A stretch of DNA of 24,000 nucleotides from Burkholderiaceae bacterium. GTDB lineage: Bacteria; Pseudomonadota; Gammaproteobacteria; Burkholderiales; Burkholderiaceae_D. A program made the position numbers and the translations under genes. The stretch is from the NCBI GenBank assembly GCA_041736255.1, contig JBGSTZ010000048.1:1-24000 (forward strand). Reading direction: 5' to 3'. Below, one piece after another: positions 8,301 to 15,453 of the stretch (positions are counted from its first letter, which is position 1; the number at the start of each line of letters is the position of its first letter). Below the pieces are notes generated by a model. It was not told the DNA's origin, ran no database searches, and was given only the letters and a program-made list of their open reading frames with translations.

Positions 8301-8389
8301 ATCTTCTTGCTACGCCTTATTCCGTTTCATCATCAATTGTGAACACGCAGGCAAAGCCGACAAAGTGCATAGTTGATGGTGAAATGGCT

Positions 8390-9352
8390 TTAGCCTTCCA
8401 GCGTCTTCCACATTTCGACATCGCGTTCCGCCGTCCAGATACGCGGATCGGGATAACCGGTTGCCTCGTCGTAGGCGCGCGTCACGTCAAAAGGCATGCA
8501 GTGATCGAAAATCACCCAGTTGCCGTATTTCGGTTTTAGTAGCGCATAGGTTTCCTTGTAAATTGTATTCAGGTCTTTACCCTGTTGCGTGCCTTGGCGC
8601 ACCGCACCGAACAGATCCTGCACAAAGTCCCGCGTACCCTCCAGCCCGGCCTTAACCTGGGCTGCAGTCTTGAGGGAGGCGCCGCGTCCCGGCACCAGTT
8701 TTTCCGCCTGCAGCGCAACCAGGTTGTCCAAAGTGTGTGGCCAGTCCTGAAAGTAAGCGTCGCCGGCATACGGCGTGGCGTCGAATTCCACCAGGTCGCC
8801 GGAAAACAAGACCTTATCCTGTGGCAACCAGACCACCGTATCGCCCTTGGTATGGCCGCGTCCAAGCTGCATGATCTTCACTTCAAGCTTGCCGAGCCAA
8901 AGCGTCATCTCTTTCTGGAACACAATCGTCGGCCACGTCAGTCCTGGCACCGATTCGACCGCCTGAAACAGGCGTGGGAAACGGCCGATCTCACTATCCA
9001 TGTCAAAGGCGCCGCGCTCAAAAATCAGATCGTACGTATCCTTGCTGGCTATGATGTGCTCCAGACCATGCTGCTTATATCCGGTGGCACCGAGTACGCG
9101 CACCGCGTGGTAATGGCTCATCACAACATACTTAATTGGTTTGTCAGTGACCTTACGGATGCGGCGTACTACGTCCTGCGCCATAACCGGCGTGGCTTGG
9201 GTATCAATCACCATTACCGCCTCGTCGCCGATAATGATGCCGGTGTTCGGATCGCCCTCTGCTGTGTACGCATACGCATGCTCCGACAGCTGATCGAAAC
9301 TGACTTTTTTCTCTTCGAGGTCGGCTTGTGAGGCAAATTTTTTCTGGTTCAT
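8390..9352 (-). CDS. metallo-beta-lactamase-fold protein with a non-canonical metal motif
   Basis: 320 aa from the ATG at 9352 (AAGGAG upstream). The MBL-fold pattern is VMVIDTQ...SHYHAVRVLG...GHTKGDTVVW...LFSGDLV. The canonical HxHxDH motif reads HYHAVR here. Confidence 0.88.
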   Translation of the reverse strand: MNQKKFASQADLEEKKVSFDQLSEHAYAYTAEGDPNTGIIIGDEAVMVIDTQATPVMAQDVVRRIRKVTDKPIKYVVMSHYHAVRVLGATGYKQHGLEHIIASKDTYDLIFERGAFDMDSEIGRFPRLFQAVESVPGLTWPTIVFQKEMTLWLGKLEVKIMQLGRGHTKGDTVVWLPQDKVLFSGDLVEFDATPYAGDAYFQDWPHTLDNLVALQAEKLVPGRGASLKTAAQVKAGLEGTRDFVQDLFGAVRQGTQQGKDLNTIYKETYALLKPKYGNWVIFDHCMPFDVTRAYDEATGYPDPRIWTAERDVEMWKTLEG

Positions 9353-9444
9353 GTGAACTCCTTGTAATAATTCAAGTGGACAGACAGCAGGGTGCATGCC
9401 GCATTTTTTGACCGGACTTGGCACACCGGTCACGCTGGATTAAT

Positions 9445-9461
9445 ATTCGTCTATAACGAAT
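9445..9461. promoter_or_regulatory. candidate operator ATTCGT-ctata-ACGAAT in the divergent MBL/IclR promoter region (related half-site ACGAATA again at 9493-9499)
   Basis: 6-bp inverted repeat with a 5-nt spacer, read from the sequence. It straddles the predicted -10 of the MBL operon promoter. The 8-mer TAACGAAT recurs at 9454-9461 and 9491-9498. Confidence 0.45.
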
Positions 9462-9478
9462 TCATTTACTATCATCAA
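9450..9478 (-). promoter_or_regulatory. sigma70-type promoter for the MBL/monooxygenase/DUF2783 operon (TTGATG-N17-TATAGA)
   Basis: On the minus strand TTGATG (9478-9473), a 17-nt spacer, then TATAGA (9455-9450). This is a sequence match only. A weaker plus-strand candidate for the IclR gene is TTGTTG (9481-9486)-N17-TAATTT (9504-9509). Confidence 0.4.
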
Positions 9479-9583
9479 ATTTGTTGATATTAACGAATAA
9501 ATTTAATTTACAATTAGTGCCTGCCGTTGCCGTCTGCAGATGGCCGACAACAACGCAATCGAAATTTGATCAAGGAGAATTGC

Positions 9584-10378
9584 ATGTCGTTACCCATACC
9601 AAAGGCTAGCCGACGAATACAGGCGATCGAAGTTGGCAGTCAGTTACTGATGGCGCTGGTGAGGCATCGACAGCCGATGTCGCTGACCACGCTGGCGAAA
9701 GCTGCCAACATGACGCCATCCAAGGCGCATCCGTACCTGGCCAGCTTTGGCGCGGTCGGCCTCACCGAACAGGATCCGGTCAGCGGCAACTATGGACTGG
9801 GCCCATTTTCGTTCCAGATGGGATTGGTCTGTTTACAACAGCAAAATCCGATCAAGTTCGCAATCCCGGAAATCACTAGCCTGGCCGCCCGCATTGAGCA
9901 AACTGTCGTGCTGGCGGTCTGGGGCACGCATGGGCCGACCGTGGTTTATCTGGGCGACTCGAACCGTCCGCTCCATGTCAATCTGCGGCCCGGTTCGGTG
10001 ATGTCGATGCTGGGTACCGCCACTGGACAGGTGTTTTCGGCGTTCCTGCCAATTAAGCTGGTCGAAACAGCGCTGGCCAGTGAATTGAAGGATCAGGCGG
10101 TGCTGGCGCAAAATACTTCGAAAAGCGCGCTGCAGCAGCACGAAACAACGCTGGCCGAAGTGCGGCAGCGCGGCTTAGCGCGGGTCGAGGGATTCCCGAT
10201 CCCCGGTATCAGCGCATTCAGCGCGCCAGTGTTCGACAACAAGCAGTCGCTGGTGCTGGTGATTACCGCCACCGGATCATCCGGCAGCTTCGATTCGTCT
10301 TGGGATGGCCCGATCGCGCGTGAACTACAGGCTTGCGCGCAAACAGTTTCTTACCGCCTTGGTTACGCTGGGAAATAA
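9584..10378 (+). CDS. IclR-family transcriptional regulator
   Basis: 264 aa from the ATG at 9584 (AAGGAGA upstream). It has an N-terminal winged HTH (RIQAIEVGSQLLMAL...MSLTTLAKAANMTPSKAHPYLASF) and a C-terminal IclR effector-type domain. It is divergent from the catabolic operon, as is usual for IclR regulators. Confidence 0.9.
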   Translation: MSLPIPKASRRIQAIEVGSQLLMALVRHRQPMSLTTLAKAANMTPSKAHPYLASFGAVGLTEQDPVSGNYGLGPFSFQMGLVCLQQQNPIKFAIPEITSLAARIEQTVVLAVWGTHGPTVVYLGDSNRPLHVNLRPGSVMSMLGTATGQVFSAFLPIKLVETALASELKDQAVLAQNTSKSALQQHETTLAEVRQRGLARVEGFPIPGISAFSAPVFDNKQSLVLVITATGSSGSFDSSWDGPIARELQACAQTVSYRLGYAGK

Positions 10379-10382
10379 GCCG

Positions 10383-11420
10383 ATGTACGCGCCGACCCGG
10401 GAAGAACTGCATTTGCTGCTGGACATTATTGCCAGCCTGCACCACGGCGACAGCTCGCGGCGCGTCCGACAGGAGATGGCGCACGCCATTCTGCAACTGT
10501 TGCATGCCGATTACCTGGCGTCGTATGTCAAAAATACTACGACGGGGCGTTTCGAGGACTGCGTCGCACTAAACATCGAACCAGACAGGTTGGCGTTGTA
10601 TGAAGATTACTTCCAGTACCATGATCCGGTCACGCCGCTACTGCAGCAGCGGCGCCAGACAACGCTGGTATCGACAGTGATTGCGCAGCGCGAGCTGGAG
10701 AAAACCGAATTTTTCAACGACTTCCTGATTCGAGGCGGGTTGCACCACGGGATTGACCTCCACTTGCACGATGGCAGCCAGCATATTGGAGACTTACGCA
10801 TCTGGCGCGCGCGCCAGCAGCCACAATTCGGACCGCGCGAAGTGATGCTACTGGAAATGCTGAAACCGCATCTGGCCAATGCGCTGGCCCAGCTATCCAC
10901 GCTGCAACACGAACGCAGTAACAGTGACAATTGGGAGTCGCTATGGGCCAGCTATCCAGACCCCTGCTTCATCCTCGATTGCGATGGCAAGGAATTAAAG
11001 CGCAACCGCAGCGCTAGTGTGCTGTTAGAACAGCTAGGCGAACCACAACGCGTCACGCTGGCAGGCTTTCTGCAGGATGCAGAAAAAAATACACCTGTGG
11101 GGCAGTTCTGGTATGGCTATTTGGCCACAACAACACCCGTTCAGTGCATCACGCAAATGCAGGCAAGCACACTGATCCAGTTGGTACCGCAGCATCGCGC
11201 GCTGCCCGCAGAGCGCGACTTGCGCCAGGGTTTTGGGCTAACGCAACGCGAAGCACAAGTCTGCGCACTGATATTGCGTGGCTCATCGGATAAAGAAATT
11301 TCGCGCCAGTTATCGATCAGCTTTCCCACTGTGCGCACGCATCTCACCCATATTTTTTCCAAAGTAGGCACCACTAGTCGCGCCGGATTGATCCACCGCG
11401 TTAGTTCAAGTACACGTTGA
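10383..11420 (+). CDS. LuxR/FixJ-family transcriptional regulator with unassigned N-terminal sensory regions
   Basis: 345 aa. The C-terminal LuxR-type HTH is LTQREAQVCALILRGSSDKEISRQLSISFPTVRTHLTHIFSKVGTTSRAGL. The middle segment looks PAS-like (SYPDPCFILDCDGKELKRNRSA). There is no receiver domain. The ATG lies 4 nt after the IclR stop codon. Confidence 0.85.
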   Translation: MYAPTREELHLLLDIIASLHHGDSSRRVRQEMAHAILQLLHADYLASYVKNTTTGRFEDCVALNIEPDRLALYEDYFQYHDPVTPLLQQRRQTTLVSTVIAQRELEKTEFFNDFLIRGGLHHGIDLHLHDGSQHIGDLRIWRARQQPQFGPREVMLLEMLKPHLANALAQLSTLQHERSNSDNWESLWASYPDPCFILDCDGKELKRNRSASVLLEQLGEPQRVTLAGFLQDAEKNTPVGQFWYGYLATTTPVQCITQMQASTLIQLVPQHRALPAERDLRQGFGLTQREAQVCALILRGSSDKEISRQLSISFPTVRTHLTHIFSKVGTTSRAGLIHRVSSSTR

Positions 11421-11618
11421 AATGCGTGGATACAGCCAAGTAAGACTGAAAAGCTATTAAGTTTAACTTCACCAAAATCTTCCCGGGATCAGGAAAAAAT
11501 TACTTGCTGGATGGTGTATTCTCGCATTCCATCTGACTAGCGACATGCTTCGCATAGTCAATGTCATTTGACTACGCTGAGCCGCCCAAACCGTGTCGCC
11601 TGAAAGAATGTTATGGTA

Positions 11619-12764
11619 TCAGCGCTCGTCGAAACTCATCACCAAACGCTTACTCGTTGCGCGGGCTTGACAACTCAGTACAAAACCCTGCTCCATTTCT
11701 GAAGCCTCCAGGGTGAAGTTCTTGTCCATTGTGACGCTGCCTTCAAGAACTTTGGCCCGGCAGGTACAGCACACGCCCGACTTGCAGGAGAACGGCAAAT
11801 CGAGTCCGGCATTCAGGGCCGCATCGAGCACACGTTCGTCGGCGCCAATGCGCAACTCATGCTGCTTGCCATCGACCAGGATGGACAGCGAAACGTCTTT
11901 TGCCGCTTGATTCAAGTTCAGAGCAGCATCGGTGTCGGCCTGAACCTTGGCGGCGACTGCCGCACTGGTTGTGAATCTTTCGGTATAGACGCGATTTTGC
12001 GGCACACCGGCAGCGACGAGTGCCGCCTCGGTCGCTTCGATCATCGCTTCCGGGCCGCAAATAAACACTTCGTCCATGCTGGCCACGGGCAATAGCGCAG
12101 CGATAATTGCGCGGACCTTGTCGCCATCGATGCGCCCCTGCAGCAGATCGACTTCCTGCGCCTGACGCGACAGTATGTGAATCAAGGTCAGGCGATCCGT
12201 GTAGCGATCCTTCATGTCTTGCAGGGTTTCGTTGAACATCACGCTGGACATGTGGCGATTGCCATAGACCAGCGTGAATTTCGATTCCGGCTGCTCTTCC
12301 AGGGTGGTGGCCGCAATCGACAGAATCGGCGTGATCCCCGAGCCGGCGGCAAAACCCACCCGGTGAATCGCGCGCTGTTTGCGCACGACAAAACGACCAT
12401 CGGGCGGCATCACGCCGATCGTGTCGCCGACCTTGAGCGAGGTCGCGGCCCAGTTGGAAAAAAGTCCGCCCTCGACCGGGCGAATGCCGATTTCCAATTC
12501 GCCCAATGTGGTCAGACGGCTGCGCGGACTGCTAATCGAATAATTGCGGCGTACTTGTTCGCCACCCACGTTAGTGCGCAGGATCAGGAATTGTCCGCAC
12601 TGAAAGTTGAATAGCTCGCGTGATTCTGGCGGGATATCAAAGGTGATCGCCACCGAGCCGGCCGCTTCCGGGCTGACGCGTTTGACGGTGAGTTCGTGAA
12701 AATGAGGGACGGACTGAGAAACGGGCTGAATAACAGGCTGAGAAACTGACTGAGGGACGGACAT
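11619..12764 (-). CDS. paaE: phenylacetyl-CoA 1,2-epoxidase reductase subunit PaaE
   Basis: FNR-like flavin/NAD domains (RNYSISS, GSGITP) plus a C-terminal plant-type 2Fe-2S motif (CKSGVCCTCRAKVLEG...C). It is the last gene of paaABCDE. Confidence 0.92.
   Translation of the reverse strand: MSVPQSVSQPVIQPVSQSVPHFHELTVKRVSPEAAGSVAITFDIPPESRELFNFQCGQFLILRTNVGGEQVRRNYSISSPRSRLTTLGELEIGIRPVEGGLFSNWAATSLKVGDTIGVMPPDGRFVVRKQRAIHRVGFAAGSGITPILSIAATTLEEQPESKFTLVYGNRHMSSVMFNETLQDMKDRYTDRLTLIHILSRQAQEVDLLQGRIDGDKVRAIIAALLPVASMDEVFICGPEAMIEATEAALVAAGVPQNRVYTERFTTSAAVAAKVQADTDAALNLNQAAKDVSLSILVDGKQHELRIGADERVLDAALNAGLDLPFSCKSGVCCTCRAKVLEGSVTMDKNFTLEASEMEQGFVLSCQARATSKRLVMSFDER
12705..12761 (-). repeat. 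in-frame degenerate 12-nt tandem repeat (4 units plus a partial unit) at the 5' end of paaE
   Basis: Minus-strand codons after the ATG are TCCGTCCCT | CAGTCAGTTTCT | CAGCCTGTTATT | CAGCCCGTTTCT | CAGTCCGTCCCT, encoding SVP-QSVS-QPVI-QPVS-QSVP before the conserved HFHELTV start of PaaE. Confidence 0.7.
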
Positions 12765-12785
12765 AGTGTAATGCTCCGATAAAAA

Positions 12786-13295
12786 CTAATAAGGCTTGAA
12801 ATAATCGAACGGTTCCTTGCAATCCAGGCACTTGTAGAGCGCCTTGCAGGCCGTTGACCCAAAATAGGAGGATTCGACGGTATTGCTGGAGCCGCAATGG
12901 GGGCAAACCACCGCATCGGTTGCGCTCGACACCGGACGGCGCGCCATGAAGCGCACCACGCTGGTCGCCGCCGGAGTCTGATGCGGCGGAGCTATGCCGT
13001 AGGCGCGCAGCTTTTCCTTGCCAGCCTCGGTCATCCAGTCGGTGGTCCACGCCGGGGCAAGCTGGGTGACGACGCGCGCCGAGATTCCCTTCGCCTGAAG
13101 AGTGGATCGCACATCATCCTCAATCTGCCCCATGGCAGGGCAACCGCTGTAGGTAGGAGTGATAACCACCTCCAGCCCATCGTCGGTCTCGCGCACATCG
13201 CGCAGGATGCCCAGATCGCGCAAGGTAATCACCGGAATCTCCGGATCGGACAAGTCGTCGAGTGCCGCCCAGGCATCTTGCACGCGGGTACTCAT
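12786..13295 (-). CDS. paaD: phenylacetate degradation protein PaaD
   Basis: 169 aa from the ATG at 13295, just after the paaC stop. It has the PaaD pattern (DPEIPVITLRDLGILR..., ITPTYSGCPAM, C-terminal Cys cluster CPHCGS...CKALYKCLDC). Confidence 0.9.
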   Translation of the reverse strand: MSTRVQDAWAALDDLSDPEIPVITLRDLGILRDVRETDDGLEVVITPTYSGCPAMGQIEDDVRSTLQAKGISARVVTQLAPAWTTDWMTEAGKEKLRAYGIAPPHQTPAATSVVRFMARRPVSSATDAVVCPHCGSSNTVESSYFGSTACKALYKCLDCKEPFDYFKPY

Positions 13296-13299
13296 CGGC

Positions 13300-14082
13300 T
13301 TACCAGCAACCATTCGGGTGGGCGCGGGCGAGACTTTGCATCTCGGCAAGCACATAACCCAAATGCTCGGAATGCAGACCGTTTTTACCCTGCGGCACAT
13401 AGCCGTCGGTTTTGGAACGGATCAGTGTCGCTTCCAGTAACGCGTCGTCAACCATGTGATCCCAATCCGCTTTCAGATTTTGCAGATCGACGCCAACACC
13501 GGCAGCAATGGCACCTGACTCTGCCTGGCTGCTGATCCAGAATTCCTGGGTATACGGCATCAGGTGCTCCAGCGCTGCCTGCGCACGTGCATGAGAATCC
13601 TCAGTGCCATCGCCCAGCCGCACCAGCCAGTCGCGGGAATAACGCAGGTGATACCGCACTTCCTTCAAGGATTTGGCAGCGATGGCAGCCAGCTGTGCAT
13701 CCTTGGACGCTTGCAATTGCTCCCACAACAAGGCCATCAGGGCGCTGTAAAGGAAATTGCGCACGATGGTCGTGGCGTAATCGTGACCGGCTGCAGCATT
13801 GCCCGCCAGCGGACCGTGATGCGGCAGTTCAAGCACCGTGTAATTGCGAAAATCGCCGACATCGCGGAAATAGGCCAGCGTATCCTCGGTCGCCGCGCCG
13901 CCCTTGAGCTCGGCTGCGCGTTGATACAACATGCGCGCTTGCCCGATCAGGTCGAGGCTGACATTGGCCAAAGCGATATCCTCCTCCAGGATCGGCCCGT
14001 GCCCGCACCACTCGGCATTGCGTTGACCGAGAACTAGTGCGTTGTCGGCCAGGTGCAACAGGTAGTCAACATGGCTTGTCAT
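13300..14082 (-). CDS. paaC: phenylacetyl-CoA 1,2-epoxidase subunit PaaC
   Basis: 260 aa with a PaaC-like ferritin-fold sequence (LLHLADNALVLGQRNAEWCGHGPILEEDIALAN). The start overlaps the paaB stop (TAATG). Confidence 0.92.
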   Translation of the reverse strand: MTSHVDYLLHLADNALVLGQRNAEWCGHGPILEEDIALANVSLDLIGQARMLYQRAAELKGGAATEDTLAYFRDVGDFRNYTVLELPHHGPLAGNAAAGHDYATTIVRNFLYSALMALLWEQLQASKDAQLAAIAAKSLKEVRYHLRYSRDWLVRLGDGTEDSHARAQAALEHLMPYTQEFWISSQAESGAIAAGVGVDLQNLKADWDHMVDDALLEATLIRSKTDGYVPQGKNGLHSEHLGYVLAEMQSLARAHPNGCW

Positions 14083-14375
14083 TACATGTGCCCCACTTCG
14101 TCAGGAATCGTATAAAAAGTCGGATGACGATATATTTTGTCGGCCATCGGATCAAAAAACTCGGACTTATCGTCTGGTTTGCTGGCGGTGATCGATGCAG
14201 ATGGCAACACCCAAATGCTGACGCCTTCCTGGCGGCGCGTATACACATCGCGCGCCATTTGTAGCGCTTGTTGCGCATCGGCGGCGTGCAGGCTGCCGCA
14301 GTGCTTGTGCTCCAGGCCTTGCTTGCTGCGAATAAAAATTTCCCATAACGGCCATGTTTTCAATTCGGTGCTCAT
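14082..14375 (-). CDS. paaB: phenylacetyl-CoA 1,2-epoxidase subunit PaaB
   Basis: 97 aa from the ATG at 14375 (AAGGAGA upstream, ATGA overlap with the paaA stop). The conserved PaaB sequence is [24 protein letters not shown]...FFDP...IYRHPTFY. Confidence 0.92.
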   Translation of the reverse strand: MSTELKTWPLWEIFIRSKQGLEHKHCGSLHAADAQQALQMARDVYTRRQEGVSIWVLPSASITASKPDDKSEFFDPMADKIYRHPTFYTIPDEVGHM

Positions 14376-15385
14376 GCTGTCTCCTTCATTGTGCGTTCTT
14401 GTTGTTTGCGGGCGTAGGCAAGCGCGGCGTCGCGCACCCACTGTCCATCGTTATGCGCTTTGACGCGGGTCGCCAGTCGCTCTTTGTTGCAAGGACCGCC
14501 ACCATTGACGGTGGCCCAGAATTCGTCCCAGTCGATCTGGCCGTAATCGTAATGCTGGCGCTCCTCGTTCCATTTCAGATCCGGATCAGGCAGCGTGATA
14601 CCCAGCACCTTGGCCTGCGGCACGGTGGCATCGACAAATTTTTGGCGCAGATCATCGTTGCTGATGCGCTTAATGCCCCAGCGCATGCCTTGCGCGCTGT
14701 TCGGGCTATCCGCGTCGGGCGGGCCAAACATGGCCAGGCACTTCCACCACCAGCGGTTGACCGCATCCTGCACCATCGCATGCTGTTCTTCGGTGCCCTG
14801 CATCATCACCAGCAACGCCTCGTAACCTTGGCGCTGGTGGAAAGATTCTTCCTTGCACACGCGCACCATGGCACGCGCATAAGGGCCGTAGGAACAACGG
14901 CAAAGCGGAATCTGATTCATGATTGCCGCGCCATCGACCAGCCAGCCAACCACGCCCATATCGGCCCAGGTCAGCGTCGGGTAATTGAAGATGGAGCTGT
15001 ATTTGGCGCGGCCGCTGTGCAAACCGTCCAGCATTTGCTCACGACTAGTGCCGAGTGTTTCGGCCGCCGAGTACAGATACAGGCCGTGGCCGCCTTCGTC
15101 TTGCACCTTGGCGATCAGAATGGCTTTACGTTTCAAACTCGGGGCGCGGGAAATCCAGTTTCCTTCAGGCAGCATGCCGACAATTTCGCTGTGCGCGTGC
15201 TGGCTGATCTGGCGCACCAGTGTCTTGCGATAGGCTTCCGGCATCCAGTCTTGCGGTTCGATCCTGCCATCGGCATCGATCTTGCTGTCAAAATGGGCCT
15301 GTAATTCCGGATTTTCTGTCGACGGCGCAGGCACTGCCGTTTTCAGGCCGGGGCTATCCTGGACATTAAAGGATTGTGTGTACAT
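14372..15385 (-). CDS. paaA: phenylacetyl-CoA 1,2-epoxidase catalytic subunit PaaA
   Basis: 337 aa with di-iron oxygenase motifs in a PaaA context ([11 protein letters not shown]...[12 protein letters not shown]...[11 protein letters not shown]). Confidence 0.95.
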   Translation of the reverse strand: MYTQSFNVQDSPGLKTAVPAPSTENPELQAHFDSKIDADGRIEPQDWMPEAYRKTLVRQISQHAHSEIVGMLPEGNWISRAPSLKRKAILIAKVQDEGGHGLYLYSAAETLGTSREQMLDGLHSGRAKYSSIFNYPTLTWADMGVVGWLVDGAAIMNQIPLCRCSYGPYARAMVRVCKEESFHQRQGYEALLVMMQGTEEQHAMVQDAVNRWWWKCLAMFGPPDADSPNSAQGMRWGIKRISNDDLRQKFVDATVPQAKVLGITLPDPDLKWNEERQHYDYGQIDWDEFWATVNGGGPCNKERLATRVKAHNDGQWVRDAALAYARKQQERTMKETA

Positions 15386-15453
15386 GGTGATTTATCTCCT
15401 TGTTGGGGTAAAACAGGCTCTGAATCAGATTTCGCTGCCAAGCCTCGTTTGCA

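Noticed and set aside
9410-9431. GACCGG-N10-CCGGTC stem-loop in the leader of the MBL-fold gene.
   Set aside because: The run of T lies on the wrong side for a terminator on either strand. At most it is a 5'-UTR structure, with no further evidence for a riboswitch or attenuator.
9353-9433. Upstream extensions of several track ORFs using earlier or alternative starts (MBL 9433, monooxygenase 8242, IclR 9527 TTG, LuxR 10305, paaD 13400, paaB 14441, paaI 20692, livH 5927 TTG).
   Set aside because: The extensions overlap the preceding gene or lack an RBS. Internal ATGs preceded by GGAG-type Shine-Dalgarno sequences give N-termini matching the expected family starts and the stop/start coupling of the operon.
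11535-11559. Imperfect hairpin (GACTAGCGA...TCGCATAGTC) in the convergent LuxR/paaE intergenic region, considered as a bidirectional terminator.
   Set aside because: The stem is interrupted by a bulge and has no flanking T/A tracts on either strand. I could not find a convincing intrinsic terminator in 11421-11618.
14354-15304. 316-aa plus-strand ORF antisense to paaA. Similar long antisense ORFs occur at 3356-4105, 8585-9331, 12897-13535, 19016-19600, 19601-20149, 20805-21347 and 22662-23384.
   Set aside because: Each lies wholly inside a minus-strand gene with unmistakable family motifs. Their translations are low-complexity and R/A/G/H-rich, as expected for shadow frames of GC-rich coding DNA. 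None has a convincing RBS or a recognisable motif.
15425-15441. TGGCAG-N5-TCTGA upstream of paaA, resembling a sigma54 -24/-12 element.
   Set aside because: The -24 GG is present, but the -12 element does not match TTGC at three of four positions. No enhancer-binding protein gene is nearby.
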